Source of the DNA: a virus
Lineage: Duplodnaviria > Caudoviricetes
Reading direction: 5' to 3' (one strand)
Length of the DNA stretch: 64,000 nt
IMG/VR virus record: IMGVR_UViG_3300025000_000057
Positions 44,648 to 52,744 of the stretch are shown here, one piece after another; the first letter of the stretch is position 1; each line of letters opens with the position of its first letter. The notes under the pieces are model-generated. The model made no database searches. It saw nothing but the letters and a program-made list of their open reading frames with translations, and was not told the origin of the DNA. A program made the position numbers and the translations under genes.

Positions 44648-45042
44648 TAGTACATCCCCGCAAAGTCCATTACTTTATTAACAACACCTCCAGCTAAGTC
44701 ACAGATAAGTCCTACGCATACCATAGTACCAATAAAGACTAGAAGCCTAGCTACGTTGCCATAACCGATGGTAGAGGCTATGGTAGCAGTAATTCCGCCT
44801 ACAATAGCTATCAAAAGAACCTCTATAATGATAAATCCAGGGCCTCCAATTCCGAAGGTAGCGGCCGCCGCAGCAGCTTTAGTACTACCGCTTATCGCTG
44901 CCATGACAGGTGCCGGTGTTGTTAACTTTACAGCCTCTACAGCTACAAAAGCCATTGCACAGAATCTACGGAGAGATTTAAGCTCTTCAACTTTCTTCAC
45001 GTTGGGTTTAGGCTTTCTCACATTACATACTATCATTCTCAT
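44647..45042 (-). CDS. small two-TM membrane protein, SpoIIIAC-like/pilin-like
   Basis: long leader ending PAPVMA-A, then IIIEVLLIAIVGGITATIASTIGYGNVARLLVFIGTMVCVGLI. Confidence 0.6.
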   Translation of the reverse strand: MRMIVCNVRKPKPNVKKVEELKSLRRFCAMAFVAVEAVKLTTPAPVMAAISGSTKAAAAAATFGIGGPGFIIIEVLLIAIVGGITATIASTIGYGNVARLLVFIGTMVCVGLICDLAGGVVNKVMDFAGMY

Positions 45043-45043
45043 A

Positions 45044-45358
45044 TTACAGTCTCCTTTCATTTAAACTCTGTTTTACATACTCTTCTTCCTCACTGTTTTT
45101 AATCATCTGGCCCCATTCATTATGCAGCTCTACTTCTTTAACCTTCCCATCTTTAACGATAGCCCAGAAAATCTCTTTTCCTATACCACCTCTTACAATT
45201 TTCCCACGGTAATCTTCTTGCATAACCTGCACTCTCTTTAGTAAATCTCCATTTCCCTGGCTACTTGCGGGAATCTGACCACTACTAGAGCAGTGAGAGC
45301 CAAGAAAAGCTCCGACCCCTAAGATTACAACACCCTTGATAAGCCATAGCGGAATGAT
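45044..45358 (-). CDS. N-terminally anchored small protein (probable ATC start)
   Basis: frame open to 45358 adding IIPLWLIKGVVILGVGAFLG; AGGAGGTG 7 nt upstream. Confidence 0.55.
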   Translation of the reverse strand: MIPLWLIKGVVILGVGAFLGSHCSSSGQIPASSQGNGDLLKRVQVMQEDYRGKIVRGGIGKEIFWAIVKDGKVKEVELHNEWGQMIKNSEEEEYVKQSLNERRL

Positions 45359-45439
45359 AAATCAACACCTCCTATAAATATACTATAGGATACCGCTGTT
45401 CTTGCGTAGTATGAGGAACAGAGGCTACAAGATTAGTAA

Positions 45440-45486
45440 TAACGATGATTGTCAAAACGATAACGATGATACCTTTAATTAACGAT
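45440..45486. repeat. AACGAT repeat cluster upstream of relaxase operon
   Basis: TAACGATGAT at 45440 and 45461, AACGAT at 45456, TAACGAT at 45480. Confidence 0.55.
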
Positions 45487-45693
45487 TTCACTCCCCTTTT
45501 GTTCACCTCTATTTACCTCCTTGATACCTTCTTTAATCTCTTCAACCTCAGCCTGTAGTGCATCTAAGTATATGATTAACCTATTGCCGCTAGTAGCATT
45601 TATCTTGGTAGGTTTGCTACACTCTTCACGAAACTTTCGCATAGTCTTCATAGCCATGTCTAAGTTCTTTTCAAAGCATTGAATATAATCCAT
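45475..45693 (-). CDS. hypothetical protein
   Basis: AGGAGG SD; 72 aa. Confidence 0.6.
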   Translation of the reverse strand: MDYIQCFEKNLDMAMKTMRKFREECSKPTKINATSGNRLIIYLDALQAEVEEIKEGIKEVNRGEQKGSEIVN

Positions 45694-45905
45694 TTAGTTA
45701 AACCTCCTATAAGGTATTCGTTAACACATATAAGACAACAACACCGGATTAACTGGCGTCACAAAGATACACTACATCTATTCATAATAAGATCTAGACT
45801 ACCGATACCGGTTTGTTAATATATATGCTAACATAGGTTTATTTATCTAGTTTATTTTATATACCAAGTAAATAGTGCCTATAAAGAAAAGAAAACCCTC
45901 TTAAG

Positions 45906-46214
45906 TTAAGAGGGTTTTATATATTCCATGAACCTATGAGTAAACTTACTGAATTTAAGATGCCTATCCAGAGCCAGGTGAGATAGGTACCCTAAACCCA
46001 GTGGAAACGAAATAACCATTAGAATTAAAGCTACATCAATCGTATGAAGGAATCCACGATGTTTGGTAAATAACCACATTGGTAGAAACCGTCCAACATA
46101 ACTATTACGACAATCAGCATCCGGGAGAAGGCTACCGATTGCAACTAGGACAGTATCTAATCCCGATAATTTACCAAGCACGACTCCAGCAATTAAATGC
46201 GTTATTCCACTCGT
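45906..46214 (-). CDS. YdjM-like membrane metal-dependent hydrolase
   Basis: TSGITH, GSLLPDAD, HRGFLH, GYLSHLALD; frame opens at ACG 46214. Confidence 0.75.
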   Translation of the reverse strand, partial: TSGITHLIAGVVLGKLSGLDTVLVAIGSLLPDADCRNSYVGRFLPMWLFTKHRGFLHTIDVALILMVISFPLGLGYLSHLALDRHLKFSKFTHRFMEYIKPS

Positions 46215-46242
46215 CTAGCATCACCTCTCCCCCCTTGTCTAA

Positions 46243-46271
46243 TAGTATGTACTATGTGACATGGTTTATAC
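46243..46271 (-). promoter_or_regulatory. SigG-type promoter candidate
   Basis: GTATA, 17 nt, CATACTA; spacer contains ATGTCACAT palindrome. Confidence 0.6.
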
Positions 46272-46290
46272 CTATTTTCTATAAATATTA

Positions 46291-46307
46291 TACGACATTA
46301 TACGACA
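46291..46307 (-). promoter_or_regulatory. tandem Spo0A-box-like pair
   Basis: TGTCGTA-TAA-TGTCGTA; 10-bp period; each unit also embeds TATAAT. Confidence 0.45.
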
Positions 46308-46337
46308 TTTTGTGTAGGTTTAATAATATGTAATATA

Positions 46338-46376
46338 TGACATTAAATAAGCGGATTGCCCGCTTATTTAATGTCA
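46338..46376. terminator. perfect 17-bp inverted repeat overlapping FN3 gene stop
   Basis: TGACATTAAATAAGCGG / CCGCTTATTTAATGTCA, 5-nt loop. Confidence 0.65.
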
Positions 46377-46639
46377 AGCTTTGTAGGTTCTGATGTAATA
46401 CTGGTATTGCCTCTCTTATCGACTGCTGTAACAATAAAGTAATAACAGCCATAGCGTAGCTCTGGAGTTGTAAACTTAGTACTTGTAATAAGATTCTTAT
46501 TTAAGTTTGTGTACGGGCCTTCCTGCCGATTAGATACCAGTATGTTATATCCGGCTAAGTCAGTTGCTCTACTAGGCTTCCATGTTATTTCAGCACCCTG
46601 GCTATTCAAGGCTACATAAGAAGATGCAGCCGTATACAT
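46364..46639 (-). CDS. fibronectin type III domain protein
   Basis: EITWKPS..TDLAGYNI...YYFIVTAVDKRGNTS. Confidence 0.8.
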   Translation of the reverse strand: MYTAASSYVALNSQGAEITWKPSRATDLAGYNILVSNRQEGPYTNLNKNLITSTKFTTPELRYGCYYFIVTAVDKRGNTSITSEPTKLDIK

Positions 46640-48141
46640 TAGCTAAATCTCCTTATCTCCAGTATTAATATATCGCCTTTGATAAGTGGTTCGTCAAATT
46701 CGATTGTAGTAGGATTGGTCTCAGCGTAAGCTCCCCAGGGTGTTGCCTCGGTTATTGGGCTTTGCCGGCTGCCGTTTACATAGACCGCGAGTTCATTTGT
46801 ACCTACCTTATACGGAACGCCTATAGTAACCTGAAATTGCTCATCCTCTTCTATCATCATATGGTACGTGATAATTCCTAATGGCTCGTTCCAGATATGA
46901 TAGGTAGGCGCTTCTTCTTCTACGGTTATTACATCTGCTATAAATTCATTACTAAACTCTCCACTAGTAAGTACCTTGAATTTAATAGTACCAATTACCG
47001 TCGAGGGAATGAATAATGATATCTCCGTATCAGACCAGTACTCTGTAGCTACAGGAGTATTATTAATAAAGATTGTCCCAGATTCGCCAAAGTTAACACC
47101 AAAGACAGTCGTTACCTGTCTTTGAATAGGTTTTATCGGACTGGTAGATCTTATTTCAGGGTTCGGGGATATTACTAAGCTGTGTGGAAGACTTACTAAT
47201 CCATCACATTCGACAATAACCTGTTGAGTACCGGTAAAGTTGGCTGGCGGAACTACTCTAACCCTGTCTGGAGGTATCCATTCCAAGACCATCAATGGTA
47301 CTCCATTGATGGTGACATTACCATGGTCTAAGAAGCCATTTCCAATGAGAGTAAACTCTCTACCTTGTAAAACCTTGACCGGCTCGTGACTTATAATCTC
47401 AGGACTAGAATGAATCTGGAAATTATAGTACTCAGAAGTTACTCCGCTCAGTGTAGTAACTTTAACAGTAGCTTGTCCTCTTGCTACCGATGGTAGATTT
47501 ATTCTTATACTACTGTCTGACCAATAAGTAGGTGTAAGTTCTATATCGTTTACATAAATCTTACCCATCTGTGCTCTAAAGTTTACACCGTTAATAGTCA
47601 TTTCCTGTCCCGCAACTGGATTTAGAATTCCGTTAATCACAGGATACATCTTAATCCAGAGTAGATAGGCAGAACTCTTTAATGTAAATTGTTGAACAAT
47701 AACTTCGGCATATTCTGAGATACTGTTAGGTAATAGACACTCTATACGAGTATCCATCCAAGTAACTAATTGAGCTGGTCTACCTCCGATGTAAACGGCT
47801 CCAGTATCGTTACCAAAACCTTGCCCATAGATAGCTATATAGCTATCTTCGTCCGGTTCAATTGGATCGATCCTGTTTATAATTGGATTATTACCGACTG
47901 CCGCTATATTAACAACGACCGAGTTACTGTAGCCAACTTCTGTCTTAACTATAAAGGACATCGATTGGTCTATAAACCGTGAAGGTATAGTAAGTATTAT
48001 CTTATTATCTGCCCATGAATCGTAAGAAGTCTCATAGCCATTGATGTATACCATTCCGGATGCGCCAAAACCCGTACCGGTAATCGTAGCTATATCACCA
48101 CTGGTTAATGTTTGTGGAGAGACATATGATATATTAGGCAT
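46639..48141 (-). CDS. virion protein with five IPT/TIG (Ig-like) repeats
   Basis: repeated P.I....P...G....I.G.GFG / W(S/A)D..I motifs. Confidence 0.8.
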   Translation of the reverse strand: MPNISYVSPQTLTSGDIATITGTGFGASGMVYINGYETSYDSWADNKIILTIPSRFIDQSMSFIVKTEVGYSNSVVVNIAAVGNNPIINRIDPIEPDEDSYIAIYGQGFGNDTGAVYIGGRPAQLVTWMDTRIECLLPNSISEYAEVIVQQFTLKSSAYLLWIKMYPVINGILNPVAGQEMTINGVNFRAQMGKIYVNDIELTPTYWSDSSIRINLPSVARGQATVKVTTLSGVTSEYYNFQIHSSPEIISHEPVKVLQGREFTLIGNGFLDHGNVTINGVPLMVLEWIPPDRVRVVPPANFTGTQQVIVECDGLVSLPHSLVISPNPEIRSTSPIKPIQRQVTTVFGVNFGESGTIFINNTPVATEYWSDTEISLFIPSTVIGTIKFKVLTSGEFSNEFIADVITVEEEAPTYHIWNEPLGIITYHMMIEEDEQFQVTIGVPYKVGTNELAVYVNGSRQSPITEATPWGAYAETNPTTIEFDEPLIKGDILILEIRRFS

Positions 48142-48147
48142 TATAAT

Positions 48148-48504
48148 TTAACCACCAAGAATTGTACCTTTATATATTTGTTCTCCTGGCGCTTCATGAA
48201 ATACGCAAAGGGTTACCTCCGCATTTGCAGGTAATAGTATACCCCTGTCTGCAATATAAGCATTTCTCATATTAGGATGAACTTGCTGAGCGTACCATGG
48301 ATTGCTATCATCGAATGTTTGATTTGGAAAGTTAGCATCCCACCATTGAGGTGTTAGGTTTCTAACATACATTCTAAATTCAGCAGACCAGCTACCTGTC
48401 GCATTAAAGCCTATTAGGTAACGTACGCCGTCAGCTATCCATTTGCTAATAATGGTTTCTTGTTCTGGTTGAACAATTGTACCTTTATTATTTCTGGCAA
48501 GCAT
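48148..48504 (-). CDS. hypothetical (probably structural) protein
   Basis: 118-aa ORF in operon. Confidence 0.6.
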   Translation of the reverse strand: MLARNNKGTIVQPEQETIISKWIADGVRYLIGFNATGSWSAEFRMYVRNLTPQWWDANFPNQTFDDSNPWYAQQVHPNMRNAYIADRGILLPANAEVTLCVFHEAPGEQIYKGTILGG

Positions 48505-48506
48505 GA

Positions 48507-48935
48507 CTATTCCCCTTTCAACGGCGACGGTACAGTAATACCCACTCTCCTTAGTCTCCTTAATAAGGACTCTAAGTTAAGGGGCATATCGTAACGTATT
48601 CTGATTAGCTTAATACCACGTTCATTACAAACTTTATTCTTGATCTTGTCACATCGTTTCTGATGTTCAAATGCGTCGATTGAAGAATGAAAGTACGTTG
48701 AATATTGAACATGTTGCCGACCATCAACTTCGATAGCCAACTTTAACTCAGGATAGTACCTATCTAATTGCATAGGACTACCATGGGGGCTTTTAAGCCA
48801 TGAATAAAACCCGTTATCTATGGCTATTAAATTTGGCAATATCTTATTAAACAGCATCATTACTTTCCACTCGCGTTTAGAGTTGTAAGGGCCCTTGCTG
48901 TTTCTGGGTTTTACTTTCGGTTTACCTTTATTCAT
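48507..48935 (-). CDS. DUF559/Vsr-like endonuclease
   Basis: MQLDRYYPELKLAIEVDGRQH...DKIKNKVC.ERGIKLIRI. Confidence 0.8.
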   Translation of the reverse strand: MNKGKPKVKPRNSKGPYNSKREWKVMMLFNKILPNLIAIDNGFYSWLKSPHGSPMQLDRYYPELKLAIEVDGRQHVQYSTYFHSSIDAFEHQKRCDKIKNKVCNERGIKLIRIRYDMPLNLESLLRRLRRVGITVPSPLKGE

Positions 48936-49704
48936 GGTCGGAGTGTCCTTTAATATATGTTTTGGCAGCTAAACGTTTCCGATTTATAGTAGCTCTACAC
49001 AGGCCCAGTGTATTTGCTATCTTCTGATCTGACATCTCGTAGATGTAGTATAACTGCAAGATTCGTCTATCCAGGGGATTAAACTTTAAATAAGCTTCTT
49101 CACATGTAAATCCGCAAATCCAGTTTTCATCTATTTCACTTGTGAGTTCAGTTTGTTTACATCGACCCTGCTTGTATATTAAGTTATCGATGAAGTCCTG
49201 GTTATCAAGTTCTTCATCTGTATAATTAAAGTTCGTTAGTTCGTTAGCGAAAGCTGAAGGATCTGTAATTAACTTTTGCAGGTGCCTATGTACGTAATAG
49301 TGAAATGATTTCTGCACATAGGTATGAAAGCAGTAAACCCCATCGTCCCGTAACTTATACCTATTGGCCATTTCGAGTAAGATACAAACAAGTTCATTGT
49401 ACACTTCTTCTTTTTCATTATTCTTGAATATGTTTTGTATCCAGGATGCACGTTTAAGGATCTCTTCAACAACATCCTTGTACTTGTAATAGCCGTGTAA
49501 TCGTTTCAGTACGTAAGGTTTTTTGATATATAAACCTACATATGAACGAAGAGATGTGTCAGATATATCGAGCCGGCCATATTTGATGAGGTTTATAAAC
49601 TTCATGATAAAACCTTCAAAATGTCTAACGATTTCATTAGCCGCATCATTATCTCCGTCTCGATATCGCCTGACCAGATCATCTAACTCTTTGTATTCAA
49701 GCAA
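48928..49704 (-). CDS. sigma-70 family RNA polymerase sigma factor
   Basis: LVRRYRDGDNDAANEIV; region 4 DRRILQLYYIYEMSDQKIANTLGLCRATINRKR. Confidence 0.75.
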   Translation of the reverse strand: MLEYKELDDLVRRYRDGDNDAANEIVRHFEGFIMKFINLIKYGRLDISDTSLRSYVGLYIKKPYVLKRLHGYYKYKDVVEEILKRASWIQNIFKNNEKEEVYNELVCILLEMANRYKLRDDGVYCFHTYVQKSFHYYVHRHLQKLITDPSAFANELTNFNYTDEELDNQDFIDNLIYKQGRCKQTELTSEIDENWICGFTCEEAYLKFNPLDRRILQLYYIYEMSDQKIANTLGLCRATINRKRLAAKTYIKGHSDHE

Positions 49705-49709
49705 TTAGA

Positions 49710-50255
49710 TTAGGCCTCTTTGATTGATGTAGGTATTATATTGTAGGTATATAAACCCGCCACTGCATCTGCCATATCATCTTGCTTAGGAGCCCGTTTC
49801 TTTCCGATATACTCCGGTATAATATGTTTTAATACAACTGGTTGGTTCTTAAATATATCAACGACCTTCAACATTACTTCTTCTTTCTCCGCATGTTTAA
49901 ATCCTGTAATTGTAAATTTGATTTGTCCGTTTTCAAATGTACCGACCCTGATGTTATTAAGTCCGGCTGCGAGCTGTATAACTCCGTCAGCCTTACCCAT
50001 AGAGAGTGCGTTCTTTACACTAGTACTCTTGCCGAGAAATTTCTCTTCCATTATCATATACTCTACCTGGAACTCCTTGATTAAAGTGTCAACACGGTTA
50101 AAGATATGACTTAATCTCTTTTCTAGAGGATGTTTACTATTAGTTGTCACTCTTTCGATATACATGATATTTGGAAGATGTGTATTGAACTCGCACTGGC
50201 CAATAGCGATTCCGCTAGAGGTCAAACTACCGTCTACAAACATAACTATAGACAT
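49710..50255 (-). CDS. ruvC: RuvC-like Holliday junction resolvase
   Basis: FVDGSLTSSGIA, MIMEE, IKFTITGFKHAEKEEV, DDMADAVA. Confidence 0.85.
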   Translation of the reverse strand: MSIVMFVDGSLTSSGIAIGQCEFNTHLPNIMYIERVTTNSKHPLEKRLSHIFNRVDTLIKEFQVEYMIMEEKFLGKSTSVKNALSMGKADGVIQLAAGLNNIRVGTFENGQIKFTITGFKHAEKEEVMLKVVDIFKNQPVVLKHIIPEYIGKKRAPKQDDMADAVAGLYTYNIIPTSIKEA

Positions 50256-50259
50256 CGAT

Positions 50260-50847
50260 CTACCCCCATTCTTTAAGATTGGTAGGCAGTGTCTCGTCAA
50301 GCGCATCGGATACATTGTGACCAATACTCATTTCCAGCATCTTAGTTACTATTTGAGTATGCAATGATTCTAACTTTTCTGCCTTGGTATTACTATATGC
50401 AGCATGAAGTTTTCCATGAGAGTTGGTTAATGTTACTACTTCAGCTTCTATTACTTTAGAAGTACGTTTAGCTAGATCGCCGGCTAGTGTAGTATCTAAT
50501 GTATTTCCTTCTCTTGAATAATGTTTCCAACCTCGGGCTAATACAGTACGTGTTAACCGGCTATGTTCTTGTTCGATACTCTCCTGAGTCCATCCTTCAG
50601 GAGCTCCCTCTTTGTGCCATTTATGAAGTTTCTCATGGCTCGCTAAAGCCTCTATCATATTTCCAGCAGGTACTTTAAGTATATTATTAGTCGATTCAGT
50701 AACGGTGGACGACTCTCGAACGGAATCTTCAATACGTTCCTGAGCATCCCATTGTTCTTTTAAGTCAGGATCGAGAATTTCAAGTTTACCATCATCTGAT
50801 TCTTTAAATACAGGTTGGCCCGTACGGGCGTTTCTAAATGTAATCAT
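50260..50847 (-). CDS. hypothetical protein
   Basis: GGAGG SD; 195 aa. Confidence 0.65.
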   Translation of the reverse strand: MITFRNARTGQPVFKESDDGKLEILDPDLKEQWDAQERIEDSVRESSTVTESTNNILKVPAGNMIEALASHEKLHKWHKEGAPEGWTQESIEQEHSRLTRTVLARGWKHYSREGNTLDTTLAGDLAKRTSKVIEAEVVTLTNSHGKLHAAYSNTKAEKLESLHTQIVTKMLEMSIGHNVSDALDETLPTNLKEWG

Positions 50848-50856
50848 GTAGTCCTC

Positions 50857-51621
50857 CTAAAACCACTGTTTTCTTAGACAGTGTAATCGGTACGAGCAGG
50901 TATGACACTGACCACCCAGGTTAGGTACAATTAATTCATGTTTGATAGCTTTTTCGAAGTTATCCAGTATCTTAACCAGTCGTTTGTAATCTTCTGTACC
51001 TCTGGTACTTTTATATATAGCACCAGTATCTAAATACAGGTATTGGACATAGCTCTCCTTTGTCTTAAGAAGGTACCTTAAGGCAAAGGAAGCCGCTGTC
51101 AATTCTACATCGTGCTTTAATTGCGTTTGTTCGGCTCTACGCTTAGACATTCTGACATCAATAAGTTCGACTTCTTCATCGACAATTCTAACCAGTTCTA
51201 TCAATCCTGATACGGTGTGGCGACCCAATGGAACGGTGTAGGTTTGTCCTACCAGTATGGGAACACCTGGCTTCTCTTTATATTGCTCCCTTAATCTAAG
51301 GCCTATATCCAGCCCTTGCCGTTCCTTAAAACGAGGATTATATGTTATCTTATTACCATTCGAGTATAAGTGTGAAAGGATCTGTTGCATACTTCTGCCG
51401 GGACACCATATTCTACCCCAAGCTTGCTTTACATGATAGCCAGATGGGTAATAGTTATTCTGTACCTGATTAAATAAGTAGTAGAATAACTGATGTATAG
51501 CCTGATTAAATACCTCATGTACCATGAATCTCTTTTGGGGTATTAGATTGTCTTTGTATTTGAGCTTCCACATTAGAGGACATTGCATATAAGTATTAAG
51601 CTCTTTAATATCTACAACCAA
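50857..51621 (-). CDS. Cas4/RecB-like PD-(D/E)XK protein, degenerate active site
   Basis: YMQCP...SGLIELV...IDVRMS...CHTCSYRLHC. Confidence 0.7.
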   Translation of the reverse strand: MVVDIKELNTYMQCPLMWKLKYKDNLIPQKRFMVHEVFNQAIHQLFYYLFNQVQNNYYPSGYHVKQAWGRIWCPGRSMQQILSHLYSNGNKITYNPRFKERQGLDIGLRLREQYKEKPGVPILVGQTYTVPLGRHTVSGLIELVRIVDEEVELIDVRMSKRRAEQTQLKHDVELTAASFALRYLLKTKESYVQYLYLDTGAIYKSTRGTEDYKRLVKILDNFEKAIKHELIVPNLGGQCHTCSYRLHCLRKQWF

Positions 51622-51636
51622 TTGTGACTACCTACT

Positions 51637-51924
51637 TTACTGACAAGTTACGCAGCGCATAAAGATTTCTTCTATCTGCTCTCTAACCTCTTCTACCGTA
51701 TTCTTGGTATTTAACTCGTAGGAAAGTTGTTCGGGATTTTTACTCCGTACTGGCATTTCCTTAACAGTATATAATACCTCTGAAACATTATACTTTTGTA
51801 TCAATGTTTCAATTATTTGTGTTACGGTTATAGAGGTTATGTTGGCAGCTTTATTTACAAAGATAAATGCATTCTTATTAGCCATCGTTAAATGAAACGC
51901 ATGAATATTATTTAGACTGTTCAA
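51637..51924 (-). CDS. hypothetical protein
   Basis: 95-aa ORF. Confidence 0.5.
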   Translation of the reverse strand: MNSLNNIHAFHLTMANKNAFIFVNKAANITSITVTQIIETLIQKYNVSEVLYTVKEMPVRSKNPEQLSYELNTKNTVEEVREQIEEIFMRCVTCQ

Positions 51925-52092
51925 TCTTTCTTACCTTCTTTCGGATCTTATTTACCTTATTACGTACGATTGATGTAGCTTTACCCTTTGTTAATTCGTC
52001 ACAATCTCTCCCGGATAGTGCTTTAACAAATGCCATTTGAACCGGCGTAGCGGGTCTTTCTTTCCAGTTACCCATTATCATGGTAATCGCTA

Positions 52093-52479
52093 TCAGAATG
52101 ATAAACCGAAGGTATTAGAGTCTGGTAATCTCTTAGCTTCCCGTCGTTTTATCTCTTCTTGTGCAGCTTTTCTGTGCCGATCGGGATCCATTCCGGTTGA
52201 GAGGTCGAGGGTAGCTCCAATCGCTTCGTCACATGCATCATGTAATAAGTTTTTATACTGGTAAGCTCTCCGTTTAGGATCTTTACTAAAATCGTTAGTT
52301 CGAATTGGCTTACCGCAAGCTTGACATATAAGCTCACCTGGCTTAGAAGGAACCTTTTTAGGTGGTACAAAATCTATAGTTTGAGAATAGTCTATACCAG
52401 GCACTTCATTTACACCAGCATTAATCTTAGGGATATTTACCTTTCCCTTAAATTCTTCCCTGGCTCTCATTTTGTTCAT
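52093..52479 (-). CDS. hypothetical protein with CxxC...H..C motif
   Basis: CQACGK...LHDAC. Confidence 0.55.
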   Translation of the reverse strand: MNKMRAREEFKGKVNIPKINAGVNEVPGIDYSQTIDFVPPKKVPSKPGELICQACGKPIRTNDFSKDPKRRAYQYKNLLHDACDEAIGATLDLSTGMDPDRHRKAAQEEIKRREAKRLPDSNTFGLSF

Positions 52480-52744
52480 CTCCTTTCTTCTTACCCTCGT
52501 TAATACTGGGTAAGAAATGCATTAATCTGTGCCGTTGATTCTCTCGTCTAATCATAAAGTTGCGAGCTCGCTCATCATGTCCACATATAGGAACCTGGCA
52601 ATTTCCACACTTGATGAACAGATGACTGGCCTTAACTTTACATTTATAACAGATTTCACACGGTTGGTAGCGAGTACAACCCGCTTCTTCAACCTTTTGT
52701 CTGTAGTAATCCTTTCTACTACTCCATTCGTTTAATTGGGACAT
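52448..52744 (-). CDS. Cys/His-rich hypothetical protein
   Basis: CEICYKC...CGNC...CGH. Confidence 0.6.
   Translation of the reverse strand: MSQLNEWSSRKDYYRQKVEEAGCTRYQPCEICYKCKVKASHLFIKCGNCQVPICGHDERARNFMIRRENQRHRLMHFLPSINEGKKKGDEQNESQGRI

Noticed and set aside
45375-45436. SigG/SigK promoter for the relaxase/VirD4 operon (CATACTA; CCTATAGTA)
   Set aside because: The -10-like boxes lack correctly spaced -35 elements.
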